Positions 39,150 to 51,769 of a stretch of DNA of 64,000 nt are shown one piece after another. This stretch comes from Camelus dromedarius (taxonomy: Eukaryota). Below the pieces are notes generated by a model, which was given only the letters and a program-made list of their open reading frames with translations, was not told the DNA's origin and made no database searches. Position 1 is the first letter of the stretch. Each line of letters starts with the position of its first letter. The stretch covers positions 65,722,001-65,786,000 of the forward strand of contig NC_087436.1 in NCBI RefSeq assembly GCF_036321535.1. The letters run 5' to 3'. The position numbers and the translations under genes were made by a program.

Positions 39150-42100
39150 CTTGGGACCTAGACTCTCCAGCGATACTTGAGTGGAGAAGCTTAAGAATAT
39201 CGAACACACACATTTCTCCTAATCCTTTGGGCAAGTGAGAACACCTCATTTATCCTCCATGGAGGAAACACTGAAAAGTTCTCAGCCAGAGTGAGTAGGT
39301 GCCTCACATTATGCTGTAATCGATTTTGAATCAGTTGGGCCAGGTAGAGTAAAATGTAGAGCTTGATAGGGGAATAATTTATTGAAATGAAGGTGTTTAC
39401 TTATTAATCATGTTTAATATCTTGAGAAGGAAACCTAAGACAAATTTTAAAATGCTTCTAGGAATAGCTCCGTGAAACTTGGAAACAAAGATGGCTTCAT
39501 GGAGGTAGAAATGCCTGGACTTTGTCTTAGCAGAGTATGGAGTCGGATAGTTCTGGACTAAGGTTAGAATGCACTTACTAGGGAGACAACAGAATTTACC
39601 ACTTGACTATGTTTCCCAGAAGGACCTAGAGGACACACTTCAATAAAGCAAGAAGAACAAATATGGAAAAAAAAATTTTTTTTCTTCAGTAAGGAATAAA
39701 AGATGAAGTGTATTGGCATGTTTGAAAAGCTCAGTGGTGGTTGAATTGGAAATCAAAGTTAACAGTAAGAGATGTGACCATGGAAATGTGCTCCTTAGTT
39801 TCATTGGAATTAATAGGATTCTGAAATTTTAGAATCCTGGGAGTTCCAATTAACAAACAAAGAAGGGTGGATATAGTTACCTTAATGGGCATCAAGGTTA
39901 GAGTGGCAACCTTGATGACTTGACCTACAGGGATAACTCACAATGCTAAAAGACCATTGTATTACTAGGGTCAAGATACTTCTGGAGCTAACCAGCTTGG
40001 TTCTTGACTTATTCATGTGCTGGGAAATAAGCTGCTGGAAAACAAGCCGCGCCTAAATTTCCATGAGCTTAAAATATTATATTCACACTTGCTTGCTTAA
40101 AATGCACATGCTTGCTTTGTTTTAAAGTTTTACGCAGTAGATGACCTATAGCACGTATTATGCTAAAGAAAATTTGAGGTGGGCAATCCTGAGATTGATC
40201 ATAAGGGCACGAAGGAGGGCAGATATTTCCTTAGGGTAAAACAATGCATGGTCCTGGAAAGCCAGATCGCCCATTAAGAGAACTTTGTTCTGGCATGAAA
40301 GCATGCGGTTAAGCCCAGGGGAAATATTTGCTATCTCGAGGTGTCCTGGAGGCAATAACAGGATAGATTTAGAAATTTTGCGTACCCTGAGGAAGGTGAT
40401 TGTTCCTGGAAGAGATAGGCCTGAAATTAATCAGTTAAATAGCAAGCAGAAGTTAGTGTTTATCACATGGAATATCTAAAGCCTCTCCTCTTCGATTGCA
40501 TTTTTTTTCTGAGCTGTATACTCCTAATAAATATGATGTCGACCAGGCTTTTGGGACTCTGGATCCACAAGATCTTGAGTCCCCTGGTCCCATCTTTGCT
40601 CTTTACTTGGTCTCTGTTTCTTAAGTCTTGCATCACACTGGACGCAGCATTCATGGAGACATAAAAAATTGAAAGCTGAGAGCAAAGTGCTGACATCAGC
40701 TGCTATAATCACATTCTCTTAGTAGTTTCCAGATCTAAGCCAAATCTTAGATCCAGAGTAAAGGAGAAGACACATACTTCTAAGCAAAAACTCTGAAATA
40801 ACTAAATATATAAGACAAATATATAAGACAAGAATTTTCCCAGTCCTTTATCACCTTTAATCAAAGGATTAGGAAAAAATGAATACCTTGATTATGCAGA
40901 GATATTAGTAGTAGGTAGGCTCTGAGCTCAAAATTGCATCAGGGGATTCCATACACCATAATTTAGTCCTCCATGTAGAGGAGAAATGTATAGAATTCAC
41001 GTCATAAATAGAATTATGGTCCATGTGCATCTCAGCTGGTTTCAATGGGTCTACTGACCCACTCTGTTAATTTCCCTGTCCCATAATGCATAATTAGAAT
41101 GGATATAATTAGCTGATGACACTAGAAGATATTTGGTAAGAAGAACCAAGTGTAATGCCCTACACACAATCTAAGACAGACAACAGTATCGATACTAACT
41201 TTTTTATCAAAATTTAACAGAGATTAGCACTAACACCAAATACACAAGCATTACAGGATAGCGATCACTATGATATGCACTATGATGGTCCCTAAAGTAA
41301 GCAAATGGACATTGGAAGGTATTGGAGAACTACTCTATGCTTATCCATGTATTTCCATTGCCAGCCATTCCACAAGATGGAAATAAAATAGTTTCTGGAA
41401 TTGGGTATGTAGCTATTGATCTGGAAAAATGCAATTTTTCCTTAATATCTGTCAGTGGAGAAAAAAATCAAAAGTGTTTTTTGTTTGGAAGACTGCAGTG
41501 TATAGTAACTGTCTTTTCCCAGAGCTTTCTGTTGCACTGCTTTATGGATATTATATTTCTAAAGGAACTTGATATTCTTGATATTTCACAGACTTCATCC
41601 TGGTTCACTGTATTAATTATGTTCTACTAAATGTACCTGGTAAGGAGGAAGCAGCAGGTACCCTTCCTGTAAGACACATGCATGTAAGACTCATGAATTT
41701 TAAAAGTATAAGATGAACCCCACCAAAATATTGGTTATGCCACATAAATAAACTATTTAGGAGTCCATTGACTTAGAGCATGTTGGGCATATTCTCTAAG
41801 ATTAAGGCAGATTGTTGCAATTTGTAACTTTTAGAATGAAAGAGAGGCATGACATTTGACGGACCTCTTTGTATTCCGAAGATAGAACATACCACACTTG
41901 AAAACTGTGCTCATTTTTATTAATCAGATGACTTAAATGGTAGCCAGTTGTGAATGGGGCTCAAAGCAAGGGAGAACTCTGCAACGGATCTTGGGTGTGA
42001 TCTTAGGATAAATTTCTAGCAATTATCAAGTAATTAGAGGTAACCAGGTTGGAAAAGATTGGCATGCACAGTCTATGACAGGACCAAAAAACTGATCCTA

Positions 42101-42950
42101 ATTTACTGACAGGATCTTTCATCAACACAAAACAAGGAATTAATTTTACAGTGAAATATGCATAAAATTGGTATATGACCTGAGGATATACCAGAAGTAG
42201 CAAGCCTAACAGAATGAGAGAACTGCCTCATTAATTCTCAGATAAAGAGTTAGCTGAGGCACAAGATGATGCAGATTGAGGATCTGTCACCCAAGATGTG
42301 GCAAATGTAATGAACCTAATTTGTGGTGAGGAATAACTAGAATAGCTGAGTCTGAAACTAAGGGCATACAATAAAATTGTACCTTCTTTTTTTACCAACA
42401 ATCCCAGCAGCTAGTTTGTGGAAGTTACATTTCCCATTTGCATTGCCTTAGGTTCAAGACAGGAATCCCTGAATCTCAAGGCAAGAGGAGGCAATAATGC
42501 TTCTATCAAGGGACATAATTAATATTATACTTGATCTGAAGCTATAACTACCCCTGATTTTTTGATATTCTTATGAGATTGGAATAACGCATTTTAAGAA
42601 AGGATTTACTATATTTGTAGGAGGCATTGACCTTCATGAGGAGTACATTGGTTTGCTGTTACACAATGGAAAGAACTCATAAATGAAAGAAAAGAGATTG
42701 AATGAGGTGTTTCTTGGTGCTTCCATGTCCAGTAATTACCATGAATGATAACTTCAATAGCCCCAGACTTACAAAAATAAAGTAACTAAGGGTTATAATG
42801 TTTTAAGATAAGAAACTAGTTATGTGGCCAAGAGGATAAGGAATCTAAAATGGATAGGAGAGAAGGGAGAAGATAAAATTATCAATTACAGCCTTAGGAC
42901 CAGATGCTACAGTATGAAATGTAGGTGGAGACATTAATCTTCCTATGCTA
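39150..42950 (+). mobile_element. Very old ERV-L internal region (gag/RT/dUTPase relics)
   Basis: ORF 41322..41630 'GIGYVAIDLEKCNFSLISVS..NQKCFLFGRLQCIVTVFSQSF' aligns to the ERV-L RT motif YAAIDLANAFFSIP..Q.QFAF....YTFTVLPQGY; ~42495-42560 resembles the dUTPase region at ~8098-8150; ends approximate. Confidence 0.75.
40018..40649 (+). mobile_element. Young 632-bp solo LTR with 6-bp TSD (ERV2/ERVK-like)
   Basis: Termini TGCTG...CAGCA; perfect TSD TTCATG at 40012-40017 and 40650-40655; AATAAA at 40526; CpGs retained. Confidence 0.88.
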
Positions 42951-43024
42951 ACTTTTTTCCTATAAAAGAACACCATGGAGATTATGTGACTTATTGTATT
43001 TAGTGCAAATTACAGGCTGATCGC

Positions 43025-43270
43025 CCTGTGTGAGGGGTGTATCTCACACCTCTTCTACCTCTCACTTCCTCTGGGCTCATCTTTTCACTCTAAGTGGTGC
43101 GATGACAACTAGATGGATGCAGTTTTAAACCAACAACACCTCACCTCAATCACAATATATTGAACACATTTCTCATTTTCTGCCCTGAGTCTTCTCTGTG
43201 GTCACTGAATGATTTTCCAGCAGGAAGCAGCTACGCTATTCTGATGAATATCCAAACATGGAAGTTATAG
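43025..43270. mobile_element. ERV-L-class LTR fragment (LTR16/LTR33-like)
   Basis: C/T-rich block starting 'tgtgtgaggggtgtatctcacacctc' just 3' of the ERV-L relic; family uncertain. Confidence 0.4.
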
Positions 43271-44394
43271 TTGTTAGCTATACTGTATTAACAGAATACT
43301 ATGCAAGTCCAACATCAGTGAGGCAGGGGAAAATTCTCTACTCATTGTGGAAATTACATGACAAACGGCATGGATATATTTCTCTATTACAGAGTAGTGA
43401 GTAATTGAGACCCTATTCCATTTCTATCAGAACATTGTTATTCTTTTAAAACTCTTACTTGTTTTTCAAATCAGAAATTGTGATTAAAAGTAAATGCTTT
43501 TTTATTAAGAGTTTACCCTGAGCATTGAATACCATGCTAAAAGTATTTTTATAAGATGAAATTCCTTAATTTAACTATGATGGATAAAATTATTTTAATT
43601 TATAGAGTTTGATGTTTTTTCATTATAGTCTCTTCCATCTTACTATTATTCAAGTTAAAATCATACAGTATATTAATGTTTTCTAAAAAGGTAAATATTT
43701 ATAAAGGAATACATTAAAATAGTATTCACTGATACATTCACTTAGAATATATAAATGGCATGGATGCACGAACCAAGCTACAGTGAAGTGATATAAGATT
43801 TGAGAATATAAGATAAGAATGTATGGTTACAGGAAGCTTTCTGTGCTTCAAGTGCAAATATTAAGAGTAGTGCAGTAAAATACTGTGTGATCCTTTTAAC
43901 TGCTTGAGTGGGCAGAGTTGAGTTCCTGAGAGGTGCCCTTGGGTGGAGTTATAGATTTTAAGTCTTCATTATGAGCTCTAGATTTCAACCTGTGGTGCAC
44001 TGTATTAATTATCTGTCTAGGGTCCCTTAAACAAATGATATAATAGTGTTTGGAGCTGTTACTCTAACTTACCATGTCACTTTAAAGAGAGTAGATGAGG
44101 CAATTAGCCATAAACAGAGAGCAGAGTGCTACCAGCCACAGATGGGTCAATAAGTGTTAGTCTAAGCACACGTTAGCCAATGATGTACTAAAAACGATTT
44201 GGAAGACAATGCTGGGTGAGTTCATATTGCCAACATATGAACTGACTCCTATCCCAAAACTTTACTTGGTATTTAAAACATTTTATTTTTCTTCGTAGTA
44301 AAACTTACGATGAGAATTACTAATTATTTTTAGTTTTCCTTTAAAACAAAAAAAAAACTTAAAAACACATTCTTTTAGGACAAAAATAATAGAC

Positions 44395-44612
44395 TGACTC
44401 CATTTTAAAGATAAAGTAAATCTAAAATGATTAAGTTACTCCACAACCATTATGTTGTGTTAAGCAGTATTCCCAATAAGTCTGATGGTAAGACAAAATG
44501 CAATAATTGTAAATTGATGCTTGATATTGTGCACCTTGTTAGGGTAGAATCATTGAACTCAGGTCCTTTGATTTTGAATCCAGTGATCTGTCCACTAAGC
44601 CACACTACCTTT
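44395..44612 (-). mobile_element. MIR fragments
   Basis: 'ccattttaaagataaagtaaa' and 'ttgaactcaggtcctttgattttgaatccagtgatctgtccactaagccacactacct'. Confidence 0.6.
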
Positions 44613-44814
44613 TATGGGGCATAGAAAATTGAAAAAATACCACAAATGAAATAGTCTACCAACAGGTATCAGTCTCTTCTTTTCTATTTTCTTATTTTTT
44701 GTATTGAGTAAACATATTTTGCTTATGTTTTATGTTCCACTCCTTAGAATAAGTTGGCAGGATGTTGACAGTGTCACAAAGAATGGAGAGATCCTTATAA
44801 GATGAAGGAGAAGA

Positions 44815-46426
44815 AAGGCTTCAAGATGGCAGAATAGGAGGATGTGGAGCTCACCCTCTCAAACAAATACATTAAAAATACAGCTACATGTGGGACAATT
44901 CTCCCAGAATATCTACTGAATTCTGGCAGAAGATCTTGTACAAGTGAAGCTACAAGAAATTCATTACAAAACCGGGTGGGAGGGAAAAAGAAGGAAATCA
45001 GGATAAAACCTGCCCCTCAGGGAGGGAGTGGCGAAAAAGGAAAAACACCCTCACTCTGGGAAATCCTCTCTCCATTGAGGAGTTTAACTGGGACAGAAGG
45101 CAAGCTTCAGAGTCTCATAGGAGAGCACAGAAGCTGCTTTGTGGCAGAAAGAATGGAGAGAGGTTAGCACAGAGAGCTGACAGGGACTGAGCGCTGAAGC
45201 TTGGGCTTCAGAGGTGAAACATTCTCTGATACAAACTGTACCAATGTTCTGGGGCAGTATACTGAGGCAATAGAAATAAAAGCAAAAATAAACAAATGAG
45301 ACCTAATTAAGCTTATAAAGTTTTGCACAGCAAACGAAACCATAAATAAAATGAAATGGCAGAAAATATTTGCAAGTGATGTGACAGACAAGGGCTTAAT
45401 TTCCAGAATATATAAACATCTCATACAACTCAATAACCAAAACAAACAAACAAACAAAAAAAACCAAAACCAACCAACCAACAAACAAACCAAACAACCC
45501 AATCAAAAACTGGGTAGAAGACATAAACAAACATTTCTCCAATGACAAAATACTAATGAACTGAAATGGCTAATGAACAAGTGGAAAAATGCTCACTATC
45601 ACTAGTTATCAGAGAAATCCAGATTAAAACTACAAATACAATAAAAACTACCTCACACCAGTCAGAATGGCCATCATTCAAAAGTCCACAAATGATAAAT
45701 GCCAGAGAGGGTGTGGAGAAAAGGGAACTTTCCTACACTATTGGTTGGGATATAGTTTGGTGCAGCCAAAAAAAAAAAAAAAAAAAAAACCTAAAAATAC
45801 ACCTACCCTATGATCCAGCAACCCCTGCTCCTAGGGGAAACTTTAACTTAAAAAGATACATGCACCCCAATGTTCATAGCAGCACTATTTAATAGCCAAG
45901 ACATGGAAACAACCTAAATGTCCTACAACAGATGACTGGATAAAGAAGCTGTGGAAATACTACTCAGCCATAAAAAAGAATAGAATAATGCCATTTGCAG
46001 CAACATGGATGGACCTGGAGATCACCATTCTAAGTGAATTAAGTCAGAAAGAAAGAGAAAGAAAAATATCAGATGACATCACTCATTTATGGAATCTAAA
46101 AAAAAAAAAAAAAGAATGAACTTATATACAAAACAGACACTCACAGACATAGGAAAGAAACTTATGGTTACCAGTAGGGGATGGAGGTGGGAAGGGATAA
46201 ATTCGGAGTTCGAGATCTGCAGATACTAACTACTATATACAAAATAGATAAACAACAAATTTCTGCTGTATAGGACCTGGGAACTATATTCAATACCTTG
46301 TAGTAACCGCTAATGAAAAAGAATATAAAAATGAATATACGTATGTATATGTATGACTGAACTATTATGCTATACATCAAAAACTGACACAACGTTTTAA
46401 ACTGACTATACTCCAATTAAAAAAAG
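44815..46426 (+). mobile_element. Lineage-specific L1: 5'UTR fused to ORF2 3' end and 3'UTR (ORF1 and most of ORF2 absent)
   Basis: 5'UTR start with YY1-type CAAGATGGC at 44822; ORF2 C-terminal relics from 45214 ([54 protein letters not shown]); cetartiodactyl-type 3'UTR ending 'aaactgactatactccaattaaaaaaag'. Confidence 0.92.
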
Positions 46427-47782
46427 AATTTAGGCACAGATTTACACTCTTCATAAAAATTAGCTCTTATACTTAGAATATATATATACATATGTAGATA
46501 GATATATAGATATCTCCTATAAAGTAATATAGGAGAAAATCTAGGTGACCTTGGGTATAGTGATGATTTAAAAAAAATTCAATTCATGATCCATGAAAGA
46601 AATAATAAATAAGCTGGCCTCCATTAAAGTTTAAGACTTCTACTGTACAAAAGACACTGTCAAGAGAATGAGAAGGCAAGACACAGACTGAGAGAAAATA
46701 TTTGCAAAGATGTGATAAAGGGCTGTTATCCAAAATATACAAAGAACTCTTAAAACTTGACAATAAGAAAGTGAAGAGCCTAATTAAAAGATAGGTCAAG
46801 AGCCTGAACAGATACCTTACCAAAAGAAGATATACATATGGCAAATAAACATGTAAAAATATACTACATATGTCAATCGCAAATTAAAACGAGACACCAC
46901 TATACACTTTTTCAAATGGACAAGATCTGAAACAGTGACAACATCAAATGATGGGCAAGAATGTGGAACAGCAGAAACTCTTACTGCTGGTGGAAATGCA
47001 AAATGGTACTTTAGAATTCTACCAGTTGCTTATAAAACTAAACCCATTCTTACCATAAAATCCAGAAATCGCACTCTTTAATATTTACCTAAATGAGTTG
47101 AAAACTCACGTTTGTAAAAAACCTGCATGCAAATGTTTTTAGTAACTCTATTCATATTTGCCAAAACTTTGAGGCAACCAAGATGTTCTTCAGTAGGTGA
47201 ATGGATAAATAAACAGTGGTATAGTCAGATGGTGAAACACTATTAAGTGCTAAAAATAAAGGCACTGTCAAGGCATGAAAAAACATAGAGGAAACTTAAA
47301 TGCATATTACTAAGGGAAAAAAAGTCATTATGAAAAAGTTACTTACTATATGATTTCAGCTATATACCATGATAGAAAAGGCAAACCTATAGAATTGTGC
47401 TGTCTCTGTAAGATCTGGTTGCCAGGGGTTAGGGAAAAGGTTAGGAATGAAAAGAGAGAACACAAGAGATTTTTAGGGCAGTAAAACTCTTCTCTATGAT
47501 ACTATCATGGTGATAACATGTCATTAAAATTTTGTTGAAAGTCATAGAATATACAATACCAAGAATGAACCCTAATGTAAACTATGGACTTTGGGTGACA
47601 ATGACGTGTCAATGTAGATTCATCAGTTATAACAAATATACCACCCTAGTGTGAGATGTTGACAGTGGGGAGGCTATGAGTGTGTTGGGGTAAAAGGTAT
47701 AAGGGAACTGTGTACTTTCTCCTCAATTTTACTGTAACCTAAAACTGCTCTTAAAAAATAAAGTCTATTTAGAAAAAAAAAA
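46427..47782 (+). mobile_element. Old L1 (L1MC1/2-like) ORF2 3' end, 3'UTR and A-tail
   Basis: 'acactgtcaagagaatgagaaggcaagacacagactgagagaaaatatttgcaa'; end 'ctcaattttactgtaacctaaaactgctcttaaaaaataaagtctatttagaaaaaaaaaa'. Confidence 0.9.
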
Positions 47783-48875
47783 GGTTAAAAAAGATACCAA
47801 GAGTGAAGTTGCAAAATTTTTGTAAGAAACAAAATTTAAAGATAGCTAACATTCTTTTTGAGTGGCTACCTTAAAACATGCTTTGCAAAAGGCTGAAAAG
47901 ATTACAGCACAGAGTATTTAAACTTACCCAGTATCCTCCCTATCCATTTCTACAAACATGTGAGTGGATCCAATATTTGCTTTCAATTTTGAATGACAAT
48001 ATTTGGTATCTGTCTCAGTAACTTGTTTTTGTCAAAGTAGTGTAGAGCACAATAATGGTAATATGGCATTTTTCATCTTTCAAGTTCTGTCATTCTATAT
48101 TCTGGCACCGCAAACCCACTTATACTATGGGGTATAATGGAAATAATTGAAAAACTATCCCCCCTTCTTTTATTCCATTTCCATCATAGGAAAAAAATAG
48201 CACACTTCAGCATCTTGAGCATCTATACTGAATACAGATAACACTTATCCTTTCCAACTGCCACTTCATGGAGGAACTGACAGTGTCTACAAAATTTTCT
48301 AAGATATGTATTACAATGGATGATATATTGCAGAGGAATACTCCAATTCTTCAAAAATCTTTACATTCTATTAAAAACTTTGAATCATCTTCTCCTTTTA
48401 TCAAGCCATCCTCCTGAAAATTCCTCCTTTCATCTCAATTATTATTAACTATAATTTAAAAGTTTTCTCTGAGTTGGATTTAGCTGTCTTCTAAAATACT
48501 GGATCATATATTACTTAGAATATAAATCACTGGTCCTGGAATCATAATACCCATTTCTCTATATTCAGCAGGTTAGGTAAATATTTGGCACTTTATTTAA
48601 TCAAGTAATTAAACTTCTTTACACCTCTGTTCCTTCATAGAACAATATAATCTGCCCAAATTTGAAATGTCTAAGATATTAAAAATGGATATATTGTTTA
48701 TTTAGCTTCTGCAAATTATTCCAAGATATTAAACCAAATGAATGAAAGACATTTTCGTACCATCAATCATTATTAAAATCCTTTTGAAATTCACCTAAAA
48801 ATCCCTTTGCTTTATTGGTGACACACAGTGAAAATCTCCAAGGTTAAGATATTTGCTATGGCTCATTTTGGTGAC

Positions 48876-49410
48876 TGTGATGTGTGAACTTGCCCAAGTT
48901 AAACTATATTTTCCAGAATCCCCATTTGTGTCTTGTGTATCTCTGATTTGAATGGGTCCTGAGATTGTCTCCTGTGAGAGATTTCAAGGGTGGAAGTGAA
49001 GCTGCAGCCATTTAGTAGCTCATACTCATTGTCATTGATCTGGGGACTCACCTGGTGGGCATGAGGCAGAGGCTGTGCCTCTACTTCTCTGCCTTCCATT
49101 GGACTCTCCTTCAACTTCTCTGACTCCTGGCAAGGTCTGTGTATATTTAGCTCTAAGACTAATGACCCTAACTTCTGAAGGATAACACACCATCAAGGCC
49201 AAAAGTAACAAACACATGGATTGCCTTCTGTCTCGTGGAGTTTGTATTTATGAGTTCCATTTGTTCTTGCTCTTTCTCATCTCTCTGCCTACCTGACCTA
49301 TGGACATGTAATTCTCACATTAGGCGTGAAGACTACAACCTTACAGATCCTGCTCAACCACTCCTGTGTAAGGTCAAATTCTTGTAACAAATAACCTTAT
49401 CATCTGTAGA
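48876..49410 (+). mobile_element. Old ERV-L-class LTR
   Basis: 'tgtgatgtgtgaacttgcccaagttaaactatattttccagaatccc...tgtgtaaggtcaaattcttgtaacaaataacc'; family uncertain. Confidence 0.55.
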
Positions 49411-49667
49411 AAAGAACATAATTAATGGCCCTAAATTTATTGAAAACTAGGAAACCATTCCTGAAATTTAACACATTTTATAACTAATAAGATTTCTGAA
49501 AATATATAATTAATCTGAAAATTAATTAAATGAGATGCATGAGGATATCTATTTCATAATGAAATGATAATAAATTGTGATCTAAGGAGAACCTCCATAA
49601 GTAATTCATACACGCAGTAAGGGGAACAAACTTGCTACTCAGTCCCCATTATATGATTGCAGGAAAA

Positions 49668-50035
49668 GGGAATGCTGAATCATATGGTAATGTATTTTTA
49701 GTTTTTTAAGGAACTTCCATACTGTCCTCCATAGCAGCTTAACGAATTTACATTCTCACCAACAATGTAGGAAGGTTCCTTTTCCCACACTGTCTCCAGC
49801 ATTTATTATTTGTAGACTTTTTTGATGATGGCCACTCTGAGTGGTGTGAGGTGATACCTCATTATACTTTTGATCTGCATTTCCCTAATAATTAGCAATA
49901 TTGAGCATCTTTTCATGAGCCTGTTGGCCATTTGGATGTCTTCTTTGATGAAATGTCTATTTAGATCTTCTGTCCATTTTTTGATTTTTTTTTATATTAA
50001 GCTATATGAGCTGTTTGTATATTTTGGAAACTAAG
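49668..50035 (-). mobile_element. L1 ORF2 3' fragment, relatively young, no 3'UTR or tail
   Basis: Reverse complement matches the ORF2 part of the L1 at ~45390-45830 (e.g. 'gtgtgaggt', 'cattt.cctaataattag.aat.ttgagcat.tttt'). Confidence 0.9.
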
Positions 50036-51109
50036 GGGCACATTTTAGAAAAGCAAGAAAGGAAAAAAGTATAAGAGAAAAGGAAGACAAAAGGAAAGCA
50101 TATTTTTAAAAAACTGCAAATTTTAAATTATAATATAATTACTGTACTTCAAAACATACCTTGTTTAAATAATCCAGTGCTGTTAATTTGTGGTACCCAG
50201 CTTCTATTTACATGTCAATGAGAATTAGGTCATTTAATAATTAGGAACATAATAAAGTGGAGTTTATCTGATTAATGTCCAGTCTCTTATTATTATTGAC
50301 AAGTATTATGCCATAAGAATATGAGGAAACAACACCAATGACACTCTTCTTTAAAGTTGGGTTTTCATTTCAATTAACTGGGTATGCACTTTTATGCACT
50401 TACATTGTATTACATTTTGCTATAATATATCAATGATCTTGTGTCCATATTTTATTCTTTAAAAGCTTAGATTTTTTATATCTAAATATACTATAAGAAT
50501 ACTTGGTTAACTAAGTAAAGTCTACACTTCTTCTACAGAAAGCATCTTTATCCTGAAGTCAGTTGCTATGCATATTACAGACATTGGTTGAAGTATTAGA
50601 ACTCTCCTGAATATAATGCATTTTAAAAATTATAATAATTTTCAAGAATGTTATAAGTGAGCCTTGTATACATATTTTCTCTCAAATGACTTGAAATTAT
50701 TGATTTTATATATTTTTATCAGTGTGTGAATTATTTCATGAAATTGAATATAAAGTATAGCATTCAAGCTGGGGTGCTCAATAAAAAAGGGGAATAAAAA
50801 TTAAAGAGTAGAAGGAGGAAGCTATAAATAGTAACCAAGGCTTCATGACCAGTAAGAGATACAAGGAAAAACTAGGCATATTTTCTTTCTTACTTTTATG
50901 CACATATTTGCATATATTAGCCAGTTTTCCCCTTTCCTCTTCCTGGATATGTAAAACCTATAATTCAAGATTTATGTTATAGTATCAAAACATAATAGGA
51001 ATTAAGCTAGAATAACATTTATTATCACCCACAAATAGATGCAGAAATTTATGAGATATATATACTCTGCTTTAGGAGAGAGCATAAGTATCTTTTCTGT
51101 TGTGTTAAG

Positions 51110-51690
51110 AGATGGTTTGTACTGTGTACACCAGAAGCATTGGTGCTGAGAGGTTTAGATGCAGCCAAGGGTGTGTAGTGATTCTGCACCTACTAGGTTG
51201 CACAGCATGACATACATCACAGATGGGAAACTGGAGATTTGCGCAGAATCCATTTCTCCATATGGCTTGCATTAAAATCTACTATGAGAAGTTCTCAATA
51301 GAATTGTAAGAAAGAAAGGTAGGAGAAACCCTTTTCTATGAAAGAAGTTGTAAGAAAAACTTCAGCAGAGGCAAATCTTCGGAAATCAACAGCATTGGTA
51401 CAGTAGGCAGCTAAAATCGGCAATGGTTCACAATTCAATTGCTGAGATTTACTGATGCTTTCAAGAAAGCGGCTGAAAAATCTCCGGGGTGGCAACATAT
51501 AATAAGGTTGCTGAGATTCATTGTGGCTTCCAGGCTTTCTCCCGTGAATCATCCATTTCTAACATCTTTTTGTGATTTAAGCTTCACTTGATTTACCAAA
51601 AGTTTTGTTATTTTTAATTCCTTATGATAAATTTCTTTCTACATTCTACCTAGGGCATCTTTTGCTTTTCTGATTGTATCATCACTGATT
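51110..51690. mobile_element. Possible old LTR remnant
   Basis: GC-richer block with LTR-like 3' text 'ccttatgataaatttctttct'; weak. Confidence 0.3.
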
Positions 51691-51769
51691 AAATGACTCA
51701 TTCTTATTATATTTTAAAATATTAATTAAAAATAAATTTAGTTCATTATTTTTGGAATATAATCAAGTT

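Noticed and set aside
40804..40829. 13-bp tandem duplication AAATATATAAGAC
   Set aside because: Common slippage event with no further structure
44844..45167. 107-aa ORF at the L1 5' end
   Set aside because: GTG-started frame in the L1 5'UTR with no ORF1p similarity
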